From: Camelus ferus
Taxonomy: Eukaryota
Assembly: GCF_009834535.1 (NCBI RefSeq)
Contig: NC_045697.1
Location: 55,306,001-55,370,000 of the forward strand
Length of the DNA: 64,000 nucleotides
Direction of reading: 5' to 3'
Below are positions 1 to 12,800 of the stretch, in pieces; the stretch's first letter is position 1; each line of letters opens with the position of its first letter. The notes below the pieces were generated by a model, which worked only from the letters and a program-made list of their open reading frames with translations, was not told the origin of the DNA and ran no database searches. A program made the position numbers and the translations under genes.

Positions 1-3000
1 TTCATATATTAATTGACCATATATGTGTGGGTTTATTTCTGGGCCCTTAAATCTATTCCATAGATCTGTGTCTGTTTTTGATTTCAGTATCATACTGTTT
101 TAATTACTATAGCTTCATGATATAATTTGAAATAAGTGTGATGCTTTTAGCTTTGTTCTTAAGATTGCTTTGGAACTTGGGATCCTTTTTTTTTTATTCC
201 ATGTGAATTTTAGGATTTTTTTTTATTTCTGTGACAAATGCCATTGAGATTTTGATAGAAATTGCATTAAATCTATAAATGGCTTTGGGGAGTATGGGTA
301 CTTTTAAACAATATTAACACTACTGATCCATGAACACAGAATATCTTTCCATTTATCTGCATTTTCTTTGTTATCTTTTGTCAACATCTTGTAGTTTTCA
401 GAAAGGGGATCTTTCACCTCCTTGGTTAAATTTATTCCAAAGTATTTTTGTTTGTTTTTGAGGCTATTGTAAGTGGGATTCTTTTCTTTATATCTTTTGC
501 AGATGTTTCATTGTTAGTGTATAGAAATGCAGCTGATTTTTTTGTGTCAATTCTGTATCCTGAGATTTTACTGAGTTTATTATTCCATCAGATTTTTGGT
601 GGAGTCTTTCTAATTTTCTATGTGTAAGATCATGTCATCAACAAACAGACAATTTTCCTTCTTATTTTCTCATTTGGATACCTTTTATTTCTTGCCCATT
701 TGGTCTGGCTAGAACTCCCAGTATTGTGTTGAATAAAAGTGGCAAGAGAAGGAAGGCACTCTTGTTTTGTTCCTGTCTTAGAGAGAAAGCCTTTATTTAA
801 CCTATCACAGTTGAGTATGATGTTAATTGTTGGCTTGTCCTTTTGTTATATTGAGTTCTATGTTCTTTCTGTATACAGTTTGAGAGTGTTTATCATGAAA
901 GAATGCTGAATTTTGTCAAGTGTTTTTTCTGCATCTATTGAGATGATCATATGATTTTTGTCTTCCATTCTATTAATGTAGATTATCAAATTTATTGATT
1001 TGTGCATATTGAACCATTCTTGCATTTCAGGGATAAATTTCACTTGATCATGGTGTATGAACTTTTTAATGTGCTATTGAATTTGGTTTGTTGGTATTTC
1101 ATTGAGAATTTTTGCATCATATTTATCAGGGATATTGGTTCATAGTTTTCTCATAGTGTTCTTATCTGCCTTTGGTAACATGGTAATGTTAGACTCATAA
1201 ATTAATTTGTGTTTCCTCCTCTTCAGATTTCTGGAAGACTCTGAGGACTGGCATTGATTCTACTTTAAATGTTTGGTAGGATTCACTAGTAAAGCTGTAT
1301 AGGCCTAGATTTTTCTTTGTTAGGAGAGTTTTGATTGCTGATTTACTCTCCTTACTTGTTGGTCTATTCAGATTTCAATATATTATGAAGAAATTCAGAT
1401 GTAATAGGTTGCCTGTTTCTAAGAATTTACCCATTTCTTCTAGGTCATCCCCTTTGTTGTCATATAATTGTTTACAGTATTGATTCTTTGTATTTCTGTG
1501 GTTTCAGTTGTTTTCTCTTTCATTTCTGACTTTATTTATTTGATTACTCTTTCTTTTTCCTGGTTAGTCTAGCTAAATGTCAAGTTTGTTTATCTTTTGA
1601 AAAAACCTTATTTTCATTGATCTGCTCTAGAGTTTTTAAAATTTCATTTATTTCTGCTCTCTTTGTTATCTTTGTCCGTATGCTAATTTTGGGCTGTGTG
1701 TGTGTGTGCGCATGCGTGTGTTTAAGTTAGGTTGTTTTTTTTTGTTGTTGTTTAACATTAGGTAGTTTATTTGAGGTCCTTCTTTTGTTTCCAATTTAGG
1801 CATTTACTGCTATGAGCTTCCCTCTTAGCACCACTTCTTCCTTCTATTAATTTTCAGTTTTATACCATTGTGGTCAGAAAAGATGATATGATTTCAATCT
1901 TCTTAAATTTGCTAAGATTTATTTTGTTACCTAACATATGATCTCTCTTGAAGAATGGTCCATGCACACTTGAGAAAAATGTGTATTTTGCTGCTATTGG
2001 ATGGAGTGTTCTGTATATGTCTGATAGGTTTTTTGGTGTAAAGGATGGCGCAGGTCCAATGTTTCCTTATTGATCTGTCTGGATGATCTATCCATCATTT
2101 AAACTTGGGGTATTAAAGTGTTCTACTATTACTGTATTGTTGCCTATTACTCCCTACATATCTGTTAGTACTTGCTTAATATATTTAGGTTCTCTGATAT
2201 TGGGTATGTATATATTTATAATTGTTATATTCTCTTGACCCCTTTATCATTATATAATATCATTATATAATAATCTTCTTTGTCTCTAATTATACTTTTT
2301 GACTTAAAGTCTATTTTGTCGGATAAAATAAAGCTACCCTTGCTCTTTTTCGGTTTCCTCTTCTGGTGATATCTTTTTCCAACCCTTCGCATTGAGCCTA
2401 TGTATGTTCTTTCTTAAGCTGAAGTGAGTCTCTTACATGGAGCCTATAGTTGGATCTTGGTGGTTTTTTGTTCGTTTGTTTTCTAAATCCATTTAGCATT
2501 CTATGGCTTTTTATTGGGAAATTTAATCCATTTACATTTCAAGTAATTATTGGTATGTAAAGACTTACTCTTGGCATTTTGTTCATTTTGTTTTCTAGCC
2601 AATTTGTAATTCCTTGGTTCCTTTCTTTTTCCCTTAGCCTTTTCCTTTGTGAATTTATTATTTTTGCAGTGGTATACTTTGATTCCTTTTTCCTTATCTT
2701 ATGTGCGTTTACTATAGGCTTTGTTCTTGTTGTTGTTACACTAAGGCTTACTTTAAAACCTCTTATAGATATAACAGTCTGTTTTAAGCTGATAACAACT
2801 TAACTTCAATCATATTGAAAAACTCCACTTTTTTACTCCCCCTATATTTTATGTTCTTGATGTCAAAAATTACATCTTTTTATGTTGTATATCCATTAAC
2901 AAATTTGTATAGCTATAAATATTTTTAATGTTTCTGTACTTTAAACTTTATATTAGAGTGAAGTGGCTAGCACACCACCATACTTCACTATTAGAGTCTT

Positions 3001-4250
3001 CTGAATCTGATGACATACTTCCTTTTACTAGTGTATTGTATATTTTTATATGTTTTCTTGTTACAAATTTGTGTCTTTTTATTTCAGCTTGAAGAAATTT
3101 CTTGTATTGCAGGTCTAGTAGTGATGAACTATATGTTTGGAAAAGTCTTTATATCACCTTCATTTCTGAAGGACAACTTTGCAGGGTAAATTACTCTTGG
3201 TTAGAATTTTTTTCTGTCTTTATGCTACTTTGACTATATCATCCCACTCACTTGACCTGCCAGGTTTCTGAGAAATGTACTGATAGCTTTGTGATGGTTC
3301 ATGCAGGTGTACAGCTGGAGGGGCTAGCTGCATGTGAGCCTAGTGGTGCAGGCCAGTGACTGACTATAGGGTCAAATTCAGGCCTATGAGTAGCTGTGGG
3401 TACCCTGTCTGTCTGCATGCCCTTCCATGGCTGCAGGATGTCACCATTGGTGTGCAGATGGCAGTAAAAGCTAGTGACAGAATTCAGGGCAGCAGCATGC
3501 AAGTGCGCAGTGGGAGGGCTAGTGCCACGTGTGCACCTGGCAATGGGGCTCAGCCCCTGGGGTTCTAGGTTGGTGTCTTGCACTTGTGCAGTGGCAGAGG
3601 CCTGAACTCGCCTCCAGTATGGATCCCGCCTCCTGCAGGGTTTGGGGAAGAGACAGAAAAAAGACTTAGATGGTAATTTCTGCAAATGTGAATACTGGTG
3701 AGGCTAAAACTGGTGAAACCTGTAGGGGCTTTGTGATGGCTGTACTGCTGCTATTTTTTTCAGTGCTGTGGTCCTCTGTATAGCAAGTCACTGGAAACTG
3801 TGTCACTCCCACTGAGTGGCTGATACTGGTTGCCCCTCTCTTTTCCTTCTTGTTTCCAGCCATCTCTGTACATCACAGCTTTGCTGGCTGCTGGGTGGTT
3901 GAGACCTAAGCAGGTCCTTCCTGCAGTGCCCTGAAAAGCTGGGGAAGCTGGTAGCTCACACTGTACTCTCTTTCCTAAAGAGGGGAACTCTTCTGAGCTG
4001 GGTAGTTCCTCCCTGGTGCTGAGCAGTGCCAACCTGGGGGATGGAATGATACAGCCAAAATGAAACTATTCCTCCTTCCTTGTTAGTGTGGTTATTCTCA
4101 GGAATTTTATTCTACTGTGTTGGTGAAGTGTCTGAAATGGAATCCTGAGATCTCACAGAGATGTTTCTGTCCAAAGCTAGCAGTCTGTTGATACTGGTGG
4201 GGCAACAGAGCTGTGGTCCCCTACTCTGCTGTCTCGGTGATGCCGTGCTC
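1..4250 (-). mobile_element. Old LINE-1 (L1M/L1MA-like): 5' UTR, partial ORF1, inter-ORF region, ORF2 EN and RT; decayed, continues off the left edge
   Basis: ORF 858-1043 reads [53 protein letters not shown], the L1 ORF2 RT motif. EN-like sequence lies at about 1900-2560 and a GC-richer 5' UTR at 3300-4250. The end 'cctactctgctgtctcggtgatgcc' resembles the reverse complement of an L1M 5' terminus. Confidence 0.93.
1695..1720. repeat. (TG)n/(CG) alternating purine-pyrimidine microsatellite inside the L1
   Basis: tgtgtgtgtgtgtgcgcatgcgtgtg. Confidence 0.8.
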
Positions 4251-4727
4251 TGCAGTTATGTTTTATTCTTTCATGAGATGTTTGTTCATTCATGTGCTAC
4301 TGCCAGTGTTTCAAATATAGTACTATTATAATATGGTTTAATATTTAGTAAAGTAAGTGACTTAACCATTATTCAGCTCTTTTGGGTTTTCTAGTTATTC
4401 TTGTATGTTAGTCTTCAAAATACATTTTAGAATTTTTTTGGCATTTTCAAATAAAAAAAATTTCCTCTTGGGATTTTAGATACTCTTCAAATACAAAAAG
4501 GTATCTTTTATGTATGAATGAGGGCTCATCCTAATTGTACACTGTGACTTTAGAAATTAGTTAATATATATTAATTCATTCAACAATTACTAATTATGTC
4601 CTTACCACATGCCACTTCCTTTGCATTTGGAATTCAAAATAAACCAAATCCCTTGCTTTCATGGAACCTGTGTCTTAGTGGAAGGAGAAAGATAGGAAAT
4701 AAAATAGCCAGATCTATTACAGTCTGT

Positions 4728-5740
4728 GTACATTAGTCAGCTGTTTCCATAATAATGAGGCCTAACAAGTTTCTATAAGATTTTGTGGCTTAGAACAATC
4801 AACATTGATTTTTCTTGCTCCTGGGTCTCTGGGTGGGCTCAGATCACTCTGCTTTAGGTTGTGGGGAGTCTGGGCTTGGCTCAAGGCTGCAGACTGGCTT
4901 CTCTCCCATAGGTTTCCTTGTTCTCTATCAACCAGCAGCTCCACAGGCGAGTCCTTCTCACAGCAGAACCTGAAAGTCCCAGGAACAAACCAAACCTCAC
5001 AGGCTGGCACAAGTGTTGCCAAAAGATCAGCCCCGATCCCTGACGAGCCAAATAACTCAGAGACAGGGTCTTGGAGCTTAGAAGAAAAGAGGCATCTTTA
5101 TTGCTTTGCCAGGCAAAGGGGACTCACAGCAGGTTAGTGCCTTCAAAACTGTGAACCTGTCTTGGAGATGGGGCAGGGTGAATACATAGCCATAGCTTAA
5201 ACAATAAAGCATCGATAACAATCAACAGAATTATTTTCTTCTCATAAGACTCAGAGTGATGTCATGGTGTCTCCAGGTGAGTCTATAGAGGCTAGTGGTT
5301 GTCACTCTTTCGATCTCTTTATCTTATAAGTGCCCAGGGTATGGTCTTCTTGGTAATTCAGGCTATTTTGTAAGGTTACAGTCCTGTCACCTTCTTCCTG
5401 GTGATTGAACTCAGAGACCAAGCATTATTATTACTTTCAATTACTGGAATAAAGTAGAAACAGTAAAATTAATAGCTTTATTTTAATAATGGACCTGGAG
5501 CTGGGAGTAGCAACCAGTCAGTCAGGTTAGTTGACTGTTTTAAGGGCAAGCATAAGAATAAGCGATCTGTTAGCCTAAGTGTGGCCATTTGATTAATTCT
5601 CCTTCACAAGCCTTTGCTTACATCACATCCATGCACCTTTCACTGGCCGGATCAAGTCCTGTGGTGAAGGAAGATATATTCCACCCTAAAGTGTAAGCGG
5701 GAGGGAAGTAAATACTTGCTTGACAGGAATGTAATCCATT
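4728..5740 (-). mobile_element. MLT1-type MaLR LTR, split by the ERV1 solo LTR at 5014-5606
   Basis: 'attagtcagctgtttccataataatg...gtggcttagaacaatc' matches the reverse complement of the MLT1 3' end. It resumes after 5610 with 'cctttgcttacatcacatcc...cactggcc...aagtc'. Confidence 0.65.
5014..5606 (-). mobile_element. Solo ERV1-class LTR, 593 bp, TSD CAAG
   Basis: TG..CA termini with identical 4-bp flanks CAAG (5010-5013 and 5607-5610). Minus-strand AATAAA at about 5097-5102. The minus strand begins TGAAGGAGAATTAATCAAATGGCC. Confidence 0.88.
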
Positions 5741-7284
5741 GAAATGTGTTAGAAAGTGATACATTCCATGGGGGGAAAAAAGTAGAGCAGGAAAAGGCTA
5801 TTGGGAATTTGTGGGGACTGAGCTGCAATTTACATATGCAGCCTGAGTGGTCCTTCCTGAGCTGACAGTTAAGCATGGACCTGAATAAGGTGAGGGAGTT
5901 CTCCATGTGAATACCTGAAAGAAGAACAGTATAGACAGAGGGGATCAGGCCATGCAATAGTCCTAATGTGTGAGTATGTCCACTGTTTGAAGGAACAATG
6001 AGCAGACCGTGTGTTTGGAGTGGAGAAAGAGAGGAGGGAGTGAAGTAGGAAAATAGAGAGGTAACTGAAGAACAGATCCTTAGGGTCATGATAGGCTGTG
6101 TCAGGGCTCTGGTTTCTACTGAGTGAGCTGAGGAACATGTTAAAGAGGATCCAATAAAGAAAAATTTTAGGACATTAACACATTGCATATGACAGAATAA
6201 AAAGTATTCCCGAGGGATCTGTCTCAATTGGGCTGCATTGATAGCCATAGTCTGCTTTAGCTGCTGAAGTGTCTCTCTGAATTTTGGGAAGTCTAGGCAT
6301 TTAATATGTTAGTTAATTAAGTTAATTAATAGATCATTCTTACATATAATCCATTAACTGTTAAATGACTCCAACAAATATCTCTTTCAGGCAATTAACA
6401 AATATGTCTCTAATTGAAACATAGAGGTAAAGCTACTTATAAAAAAAAATGCAATAGTCATAAAATGTTTGCCTCACCCCAGGTGGAGAGAGCATAGGGA
6501 ATGCCATTCTACCTCTTACTCCACTGGTAGGTAAATCAGTCTCCTCCTGGTTTTAGAATATTTTTGGATAGTAACCCATTAATGCAACTTTCCATTACAA
6601 AAAACAGTGCTTATTCACTAGTTTCATTTTCATGTAGTTATTAATTCTAAAAAAAATTGTTGACGGTTATCTAACAGTGGGATGCCCTGTCTTGGGGACT
6701 GCAAAACTGAAGTGTGTTTGAGGTTTATTCTCAGAGATCCTTGAGTCTGTTAAGACAAAAGAAGCACATACAGTGTTAAATACAAAGTAGGTGGAGTGAA
6801 GAAATGCTTTAGAGGTTCACAGGAGAGGGATTAAAATGCTGAACATTCAAACAAGTAAAATAAGGGTTGAGATGTAAATGCCTACTAGGAAGACAGGGGA
6901 AATAAATAAGTAAAGTAGTCCAGCTGGAAAGAAGGGCACACACACTGTATACTAAACACAGGCACATTGTTTTCCTTTTTCTCAGAATAACCAGATATGT
7001 AACTTATGTTTTTTATAATAATGGGTAAATATTCAGCCATCTTTTTTCTTTCCAAGGAAAAAAATGTCTATCTCTCTGTATTGCTAAAAGCACATTTGTC
7101 AAAGTTTTCTCCCTTTCACTAGTGTGAAACTAGTGATTTTTAGTTTCAACAGTGGTTTAAATGAGGGTTGAGTCAGATTTGGGGGCCCTTAATCATCATT
7201 GTTATCACCTTCTTTTAAATCATTAACCATTACAATGTATTTATTTAAAATAAGTGTTTTTCTGCCATTTCTGTGGTAAGTTAT

Positions 7285-7440
7285 AGAAAAAATATATAGA
7301 AGTATTATATATAAAGATATTGTATATATGTTTTGTGTATTATAAATGACTACTATTTCATATCATGTATTTACATATAAGTATATATATCCATATACAT
7401 ATATAAAGTATTATATATAATATATTTATATATAATTATT
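7285..7440. repeat. TA-rich low-complexity tract
   Basis: Runs of tata/atat. Confidence 0.7.
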
Positions 7441-7459
7441 ACCAAGAGGAAGGGAAAAA

Positions 7460-8002
7460 TGTTACTTCAGTTCTTAGTCACCGAAAAAAAAGAATTTTCA
7501 AAGAGAGAGAAAGTGTGATATAAACAGAAGATTTTATTAGTGAAGCAAAAAAGTAGTAAAATACAATATACCCCGAGAACTGGGAGTAGGCCAACCCAAG
7601 AGAGGAAAAAATGGCACCGTTCCTTCGTTTTTTCTGTTCTTATATCCTGGCTTAGGGGGAATTTTTGTGATTGATTGATTCATGGCTCACCTTCCTTGTG
7701 ATCAGGCACGCCCATCCCTTTTGTGCATGTTCTTACCCATGAAGCACACAGAGAAACATGTGGGAGGGGCTCAAACTGCATTGTTAATTACATTATAATG
7801 CGCATCGGGTTAGGTTAAACCGAGTCCTCTCTGCTGTGCAGCTGCAGCGTGCAATCCTGGCTGGCTTTTTTGCTGGCCCTCATTTAGAGAAAGTAAAAGT
7901 TTTTGGAGCCCCTTATCCTGAGTGCCAGGGTACTGTTATTTTCTGGCTTGCTCCCTCCTGCTTCCTCTCCCTTTGCCTGGTACTCATTTCTAACTGCCTA
8001 CA
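7460..8002 (-). mobile_element. Solo ERV1-class LTR, about 543 bp
   Basis: TGTTAC..CCTACA termini. Minus-strand AATAAA at about 7533-7538. GC and CpG content are raised. Flanks are aaaa/ataa (3/4 TSD match). Confidence 0.8.
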
Positions 8003-8269
8003 ATAATGACTATAATTCTCATATCTTTTACTTTTTATATTGTTCCACTGAAATTTTCTTTTTACTAGATTGACTCCAACATCCAAAAAAGGAAAGGAGC
8101 TTAATATTAGAAGTGAGCAGCCATTCTAATTAGGCTCCTGATTTTATGATTTTGGCTTCCTAAATGACTTTTGGGTCCACCTCCTCACTGGCATGGCCAT
8201 AGCCTTCATTCAAGGTTTTCCTTGAAAAGAAACGGACAGCAGTGGAGCAAGGTCATTGTAGGTACTTGT

Positions 8270-8580
8270 CTGACATGGTTTTAAGTGCTGTTGACCCATG
8301 AACAAAAAGTTACTTTTCAATTCTCTTTCAATCCTTCTTCTATTGAAAACAGTCTCAATCTAGATCCTAGTCTCAGCTAAAACTGTCCTGTTCAACCAAG
8401 ATGGAGCAGCCTCAGGCTCAGAGCCTTAGATGGCAAGGATGCCAACCTAGGAATCAAGAGTGATTTTTGTTTTCTTGAATTCATTTTTTACCTATCTTCT
8501 GCTTCTGGCACGTGATACTATCATGCCATCTATAGTGCTAGCAATCTAAAATTTCCTTTTAAAATGAGTCACTGAAAAGA
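8270..8580. mobile_element. Probable hAT-Charlie DNA-transposon relic
   Basis: The motif 'cagcctcaggctcagagcctt' and surrounding text resemble old Charlie-family elements; family uncertain. Confidence 0.4.
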
Positions 8581-8699
8581 AAAAAAATGTTCAGTAAATG
8601 CCAGTATTTGATCTGTGTAAATCATTCGAGTTTAGGAAGCATAACCCGATTTCAAACCCTTATTTGCCCCCATAGATTGTTGTAAAAGCTTCTTAAGTA

Positions 8700-8990
8700 T
8701 TCTTCCTGCCTTCATTTGCCTCCACACCAAATAAAAATTTCATCACTCTAAAACTTGTATCTGATAAAGTCACCTTCTTGCTTCAGTGGTTCCCTCATCA
8801 CCGATGGAATAATCTAAGCTCTTTGGCATAGAATACACACAAGGGTGTTCAAAAATCTGAGCCCCAGATCTTGCCATCGCTTCTTCCTGTATGTCCCCTG
8901 TGCCTGAGTCACAGCGAACCACCTGGAGTCCTTGATCCTGAAATCACATGCACATTCTTCATGCCCAAAAGACATACGTTCTTCTATTTT
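8700..8990 (+). mobile_element. L2 fragment
   Basis: 'tctgataaagtcaccttcttgcttcagtggttccctcatc...aatctaagctctttggcat' resembles the L2 3' consensus. Confidence 0.55.
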
Positions 8991-9109
8991 CTTGAACTAT
9001 AAGGCTCTCTTATTTTATACATATTTTTCAGCTTTTAATAGCAAAAAGGATACAGAAAGTTTTAATTTAAAAACAAGTGGCAAAGAAAATGTGTATTAAT
9101 GTTACTGAG

Positions 9110-9380
9110 ACTGCGGGGAGTTGGAGCTAGTAGTGGATGGGAGAAGGCTGGCCACAGGGTCCAGTCACGCCAGTGACCACCCGACAGGTGCCAATTGATA
9201 ATGTGCACCCAGCAATGCCAGATCTGTTGATTTTTGAGAGAAGTTGCAACTTAGGCAGTGAATGTAAAACACACCCATTTTCAATAGTTGGACCAAGTTA
9301 TGAGAAATTTTTAAAAATGTGTCTGGGCCACACACACACACACACACAAATGCATTTGCTGGTTGAATTCGACTAGAGAA
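9110..9380 (+). mobile_element. MER102-like hAT-Charlie element containing a (CA)n microsatellite at about 9329-9348
   Basis: 'tgccagatctgttgatttttgagagaag...tgtaaaacac..cccattttcaatagttgg...tctgggcca'. Confidence 0.6.
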
Positions 9381-12300
9381 GGAAACGATTTGCAGCTGTT
9401 CCCAAAGGTAATGTTTCATTATGGTTTGAAAGTACAGGAGAAATTTTTACCTCAATGACGATTGTTTCTAAATGTCTATATTCAGCTTTGGTTCACAGTT
9501 AATACATCATAAGACAAGAACTATCAAAGTGACATGCATTTATACAACCTATACCCTCCTTTAAGCCCTTTCTTGCTATGGAAATTAGAACAAGTGGAGA
9601 GTGACATAGATGCTCTTGCAAATGTGAAAATATGCAATTCTAAATTTGTTCTCTAATGCTTTTACCAAAAACATCAGTGCCCTCTGTAACAAATTTTATG
9701 AACCAGTGAGTGGGTACCATTGCCTCCCAGAAAGGACTTCTATGAGTTATTAGATAGCAAATACTACAGTTGCACAAAAGGTGGTAAAACACTTCTAAAA
9801 TCATGGTTTTAGTTTACTCACTGACAAACTGAAGCACACTGTGACTAAGAAGTATTAACTCCACTGTAAGACATGCTATGCCCTTCATAGACTGCTCTCC
9901 TTAAGCCTTTGCTTAAAATCCCACAAATAACTGAAGATCAGATCAACAGTAAATCCCAGGGGGTGCTCCAATAAACAGTGGTTGATGTTTTCTCTTCGTA
10001 CTATTTTCAAACACTCTCTGGTTAAAATATAAATTATTCCTATTATAGAAATTAGGTTTTCTTTGTTTCAAGGAAGAAGCGTGGAAATAAATGAAAACAC
10101 AATTTGAAATCGTTGCCTGAGAATATGTAATTGACAGAAGGAAAAATTCTCTTATTTTATAAAATGTCTTCTCTGGTGGCAAACCGTTATGAGTTCTTAT
10201 TGTTTCAAATGATTTTCTAAGGAATTAGTTATATGAGTCATACTAATTCTGTTTCAGTGCTTCAGCATCATTTTCAAACAGTTGGATTGCTACAAAATTT
10301 AAGCATGATGTTACTCAATTTTGTTGGGTCTTGCTTATTTCTATTCTATTTGCTAGACAATTTTTCCCTTCTTACTCGCCTTTCTCTTGTGTGTTCTCCC
10401 TGTCCCCTGCCTTCCTCTTTACTGGAGCATGTCCCCTTAACTTCAGTAAACCCTTGAACTTAATAGATCCCCCAGCAACCTCCCCCTTTTACTTCTAGCT
10501 CTCCTGAGGCTGTATTTCATGGCAAAACCCTATTAGCTTATTTTGATGTTTTTATCTTTCTGTGATTGGGAACCAGTCCATGAAGCCAAAACAGACAATC
10601 TTCTGAGGGCACTAAGTGGGTTTTCAGATCTCCTGTGAGGAGGAATGAGCTTCAATAAAACATTAGGCCACTACCCAAGTTGACTGCCTTGAGTGATGTA
10701 ACATCTTATGTGGTTCCTGCCTTTTACTGTAAGTTTACACTCCCATGAACATTAACTCTGCCTGGTTGCAGTGCCTTAAGTGAAAGTTTGCACGCAAATA
10801 TGGCCTCCATGAAAGTTACCTCGGGCTAAAGTACTTCCATCATCGACAAAATTAAGCATCACAGTAAGTCTCTGGTGGTTTAGTTGGCCTCAGATTCAGT
10901 TGTGGCTCATGTTTTATTAATGTGGTGAGATTGTCCTTTCTTTTCAGCCTCCCACAGCAGGTGAGCTTGTCATATTCACTAAAAGAGAACGAGAGAAGAT
11001 TGCCAACCACTTGCGCGAATTGTTTCCACAGTTCTTAATTTCTGTTGAGAGGCACGCAATATAAACAAAGTTTTACTTAACTGCTGAAACATTTGTCAAG
11101 GATTTGATACACGCAAACCTCCATTTCTGTGCTATGAAAACTCTGCTGTGGGCTCCTCTGGGTAACCCTGTGCATGCCAGGCAGGAATCCCAGAATGAAG
11201 GTCTTTGGATACTTCCTCTGCCTTTAGCCTGGTGAAAAGAAATCTCACGACCCAGAAAACCAGATGGGTGGCCTGGAAATAAGTTAAAAAAATGACACTC
11301 AGCTAGAGTAGAGAGGTCCTGACCCCTACTCAAGTTTACCTTTGCACCGGCCGATTTTCCTGTAGTGGATTTTTTTTCTTTAAGGATTTGGCATTTTCTA
11401 TATTTAAAGTTATAATAGGTGTTAAAAGTTAAGCTCTTTAAGTTTCTAATGTGCTAGAAAAACCTCCAAATTTTATTCTGCACTCTGTACCCAATACAGC
11501 ATTAAATACAAAGAATATCTTTCTTGTAATATAACAGAAATGAAAAATTAAGTATGTTACAGTAAAGAAGAGAGTCCTTAATGTGTTTAACCTCTGTTAA
11601 CATAAACATCCATCTCTTTTTAAAAAATTATTTGCTGTAATTGAAAATTTTCTTCTTTCAAATTTGACAAGACCTACAGTTTAATAGATCAGAGATACAA
11701 ATTCTATACTGCAGATACTGAAAAATGACATCCTAATCAATGGATTCTGTATATTAATTTAATCTAACTAGGTTTTTTTTTTACTCTTGAAAAAATGAAC
11801 AAACCAGTATCATTGCTTTTTTGAGGTTATAATACAATAAATATGAATATACATTCATAATTCATAATCCATAATACAAGTCAGGGGATACTTTCTCAAT
11901 AACCAATATATCAATATATTCATTGAATAGTAGACAAAGAAAATTTAGACACTATTAATGTTTTAAATTTTTTTTGATCTGAAATTACTTAGTTTGGCTA
12001 CATCTGCAAATATGTCTACAAATTTTGTAGTTTGACTATCAGTGTTAATTAACTGCATACACCAAATGCTCCCTTTTAAAATTTGTACTTTGGGAATCCT
12101 TATCACTGAGATTCCTCATTCATTGTCTTGATTGATTTACAATCAATTTCTAGAACAAACAAATGATATGTAGTTCTTACCTCTCTTAAACCTGCAATGG
12201 TTACACAAACAAAATTTGAGGGACGGGGATGACACTGCCATTGTGCAGGCTATTTGAAGCAATGAAGCAGACTGCATTGAGGGTATAGTGTTAGGAAAGC

Positions 12301-12619
12301 CAAGGTGAGAAATCCAGCTCAGAAAAGAAGTGAAGGGAATGGTAAACGGAGATGAAGATTAAACTTTCGTGCTGTGTTGAATACAACTTTCAAGGAATTA
12401 ATGACTCAAAAAACAATTCCTCTGTATGTTGCTATTTATGTTGCTTTAGCTGATGTTGCTTCATGTAAAACTAGACTTAAGATGTTGCTGATTTTTCTCC
12501 CTGGTGATCCATATTGTTCACTCTGTCACCTTCCCTTAGTTTCTGTTGAAATGTCACATTATTAGTTGGACTTCTCTGACACTGTAAAAGTGGCAAAATA
12601 TCTCCCAGACGCCATTTCT

Positions 12620-12800
12620 AACCTCTTTGTAAGTTTTATTTTTCTGTATAAAACTCATGAAGAAATCATTTACTTGCTTTTTTATAATTGGCTCTTTCTC
12701 CCACTTGCTTCATGAATACAGGAAGCATGTTTGTTCACTGCTGTTTCCAACATCTAAAAAATTAGATAAGATGCTCAATAATTGTTTGCTAAATGGATGA
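12620..12800 (+). mobile_element. L2 3' end
   Basis: 'tttgttcactgctgtttcc...gatgctcaataattgtttgctaaatggatgaa'. Confidence 0.6.

Larger units (their letters stand above)
4572..6140 (-). mobile_element. L2 3' region, interrupted by an MLT1 LTR (segments about 4572-4720 and 5745-6140)
   Basis: Starts 'attcattcaaca', the reverse complement of the L2 tail. Resumes with the typical purine-rich L2 antisense text 'gaagaacagtatagacagagggg...tttctactgagtgag'. Confidence 0.7.

Noticed and set aside
858..1043. RT-like ORF as a functional gene
   Set aside because: It is a short surviving frame of a heavily mutated L1 ORF2.
5652..6248. Longest ORF in the track (198 aa, minus strand)
   Set aside because: It lies over L2/MLT1 sequence and has no recognisable domain; a chance open frame.
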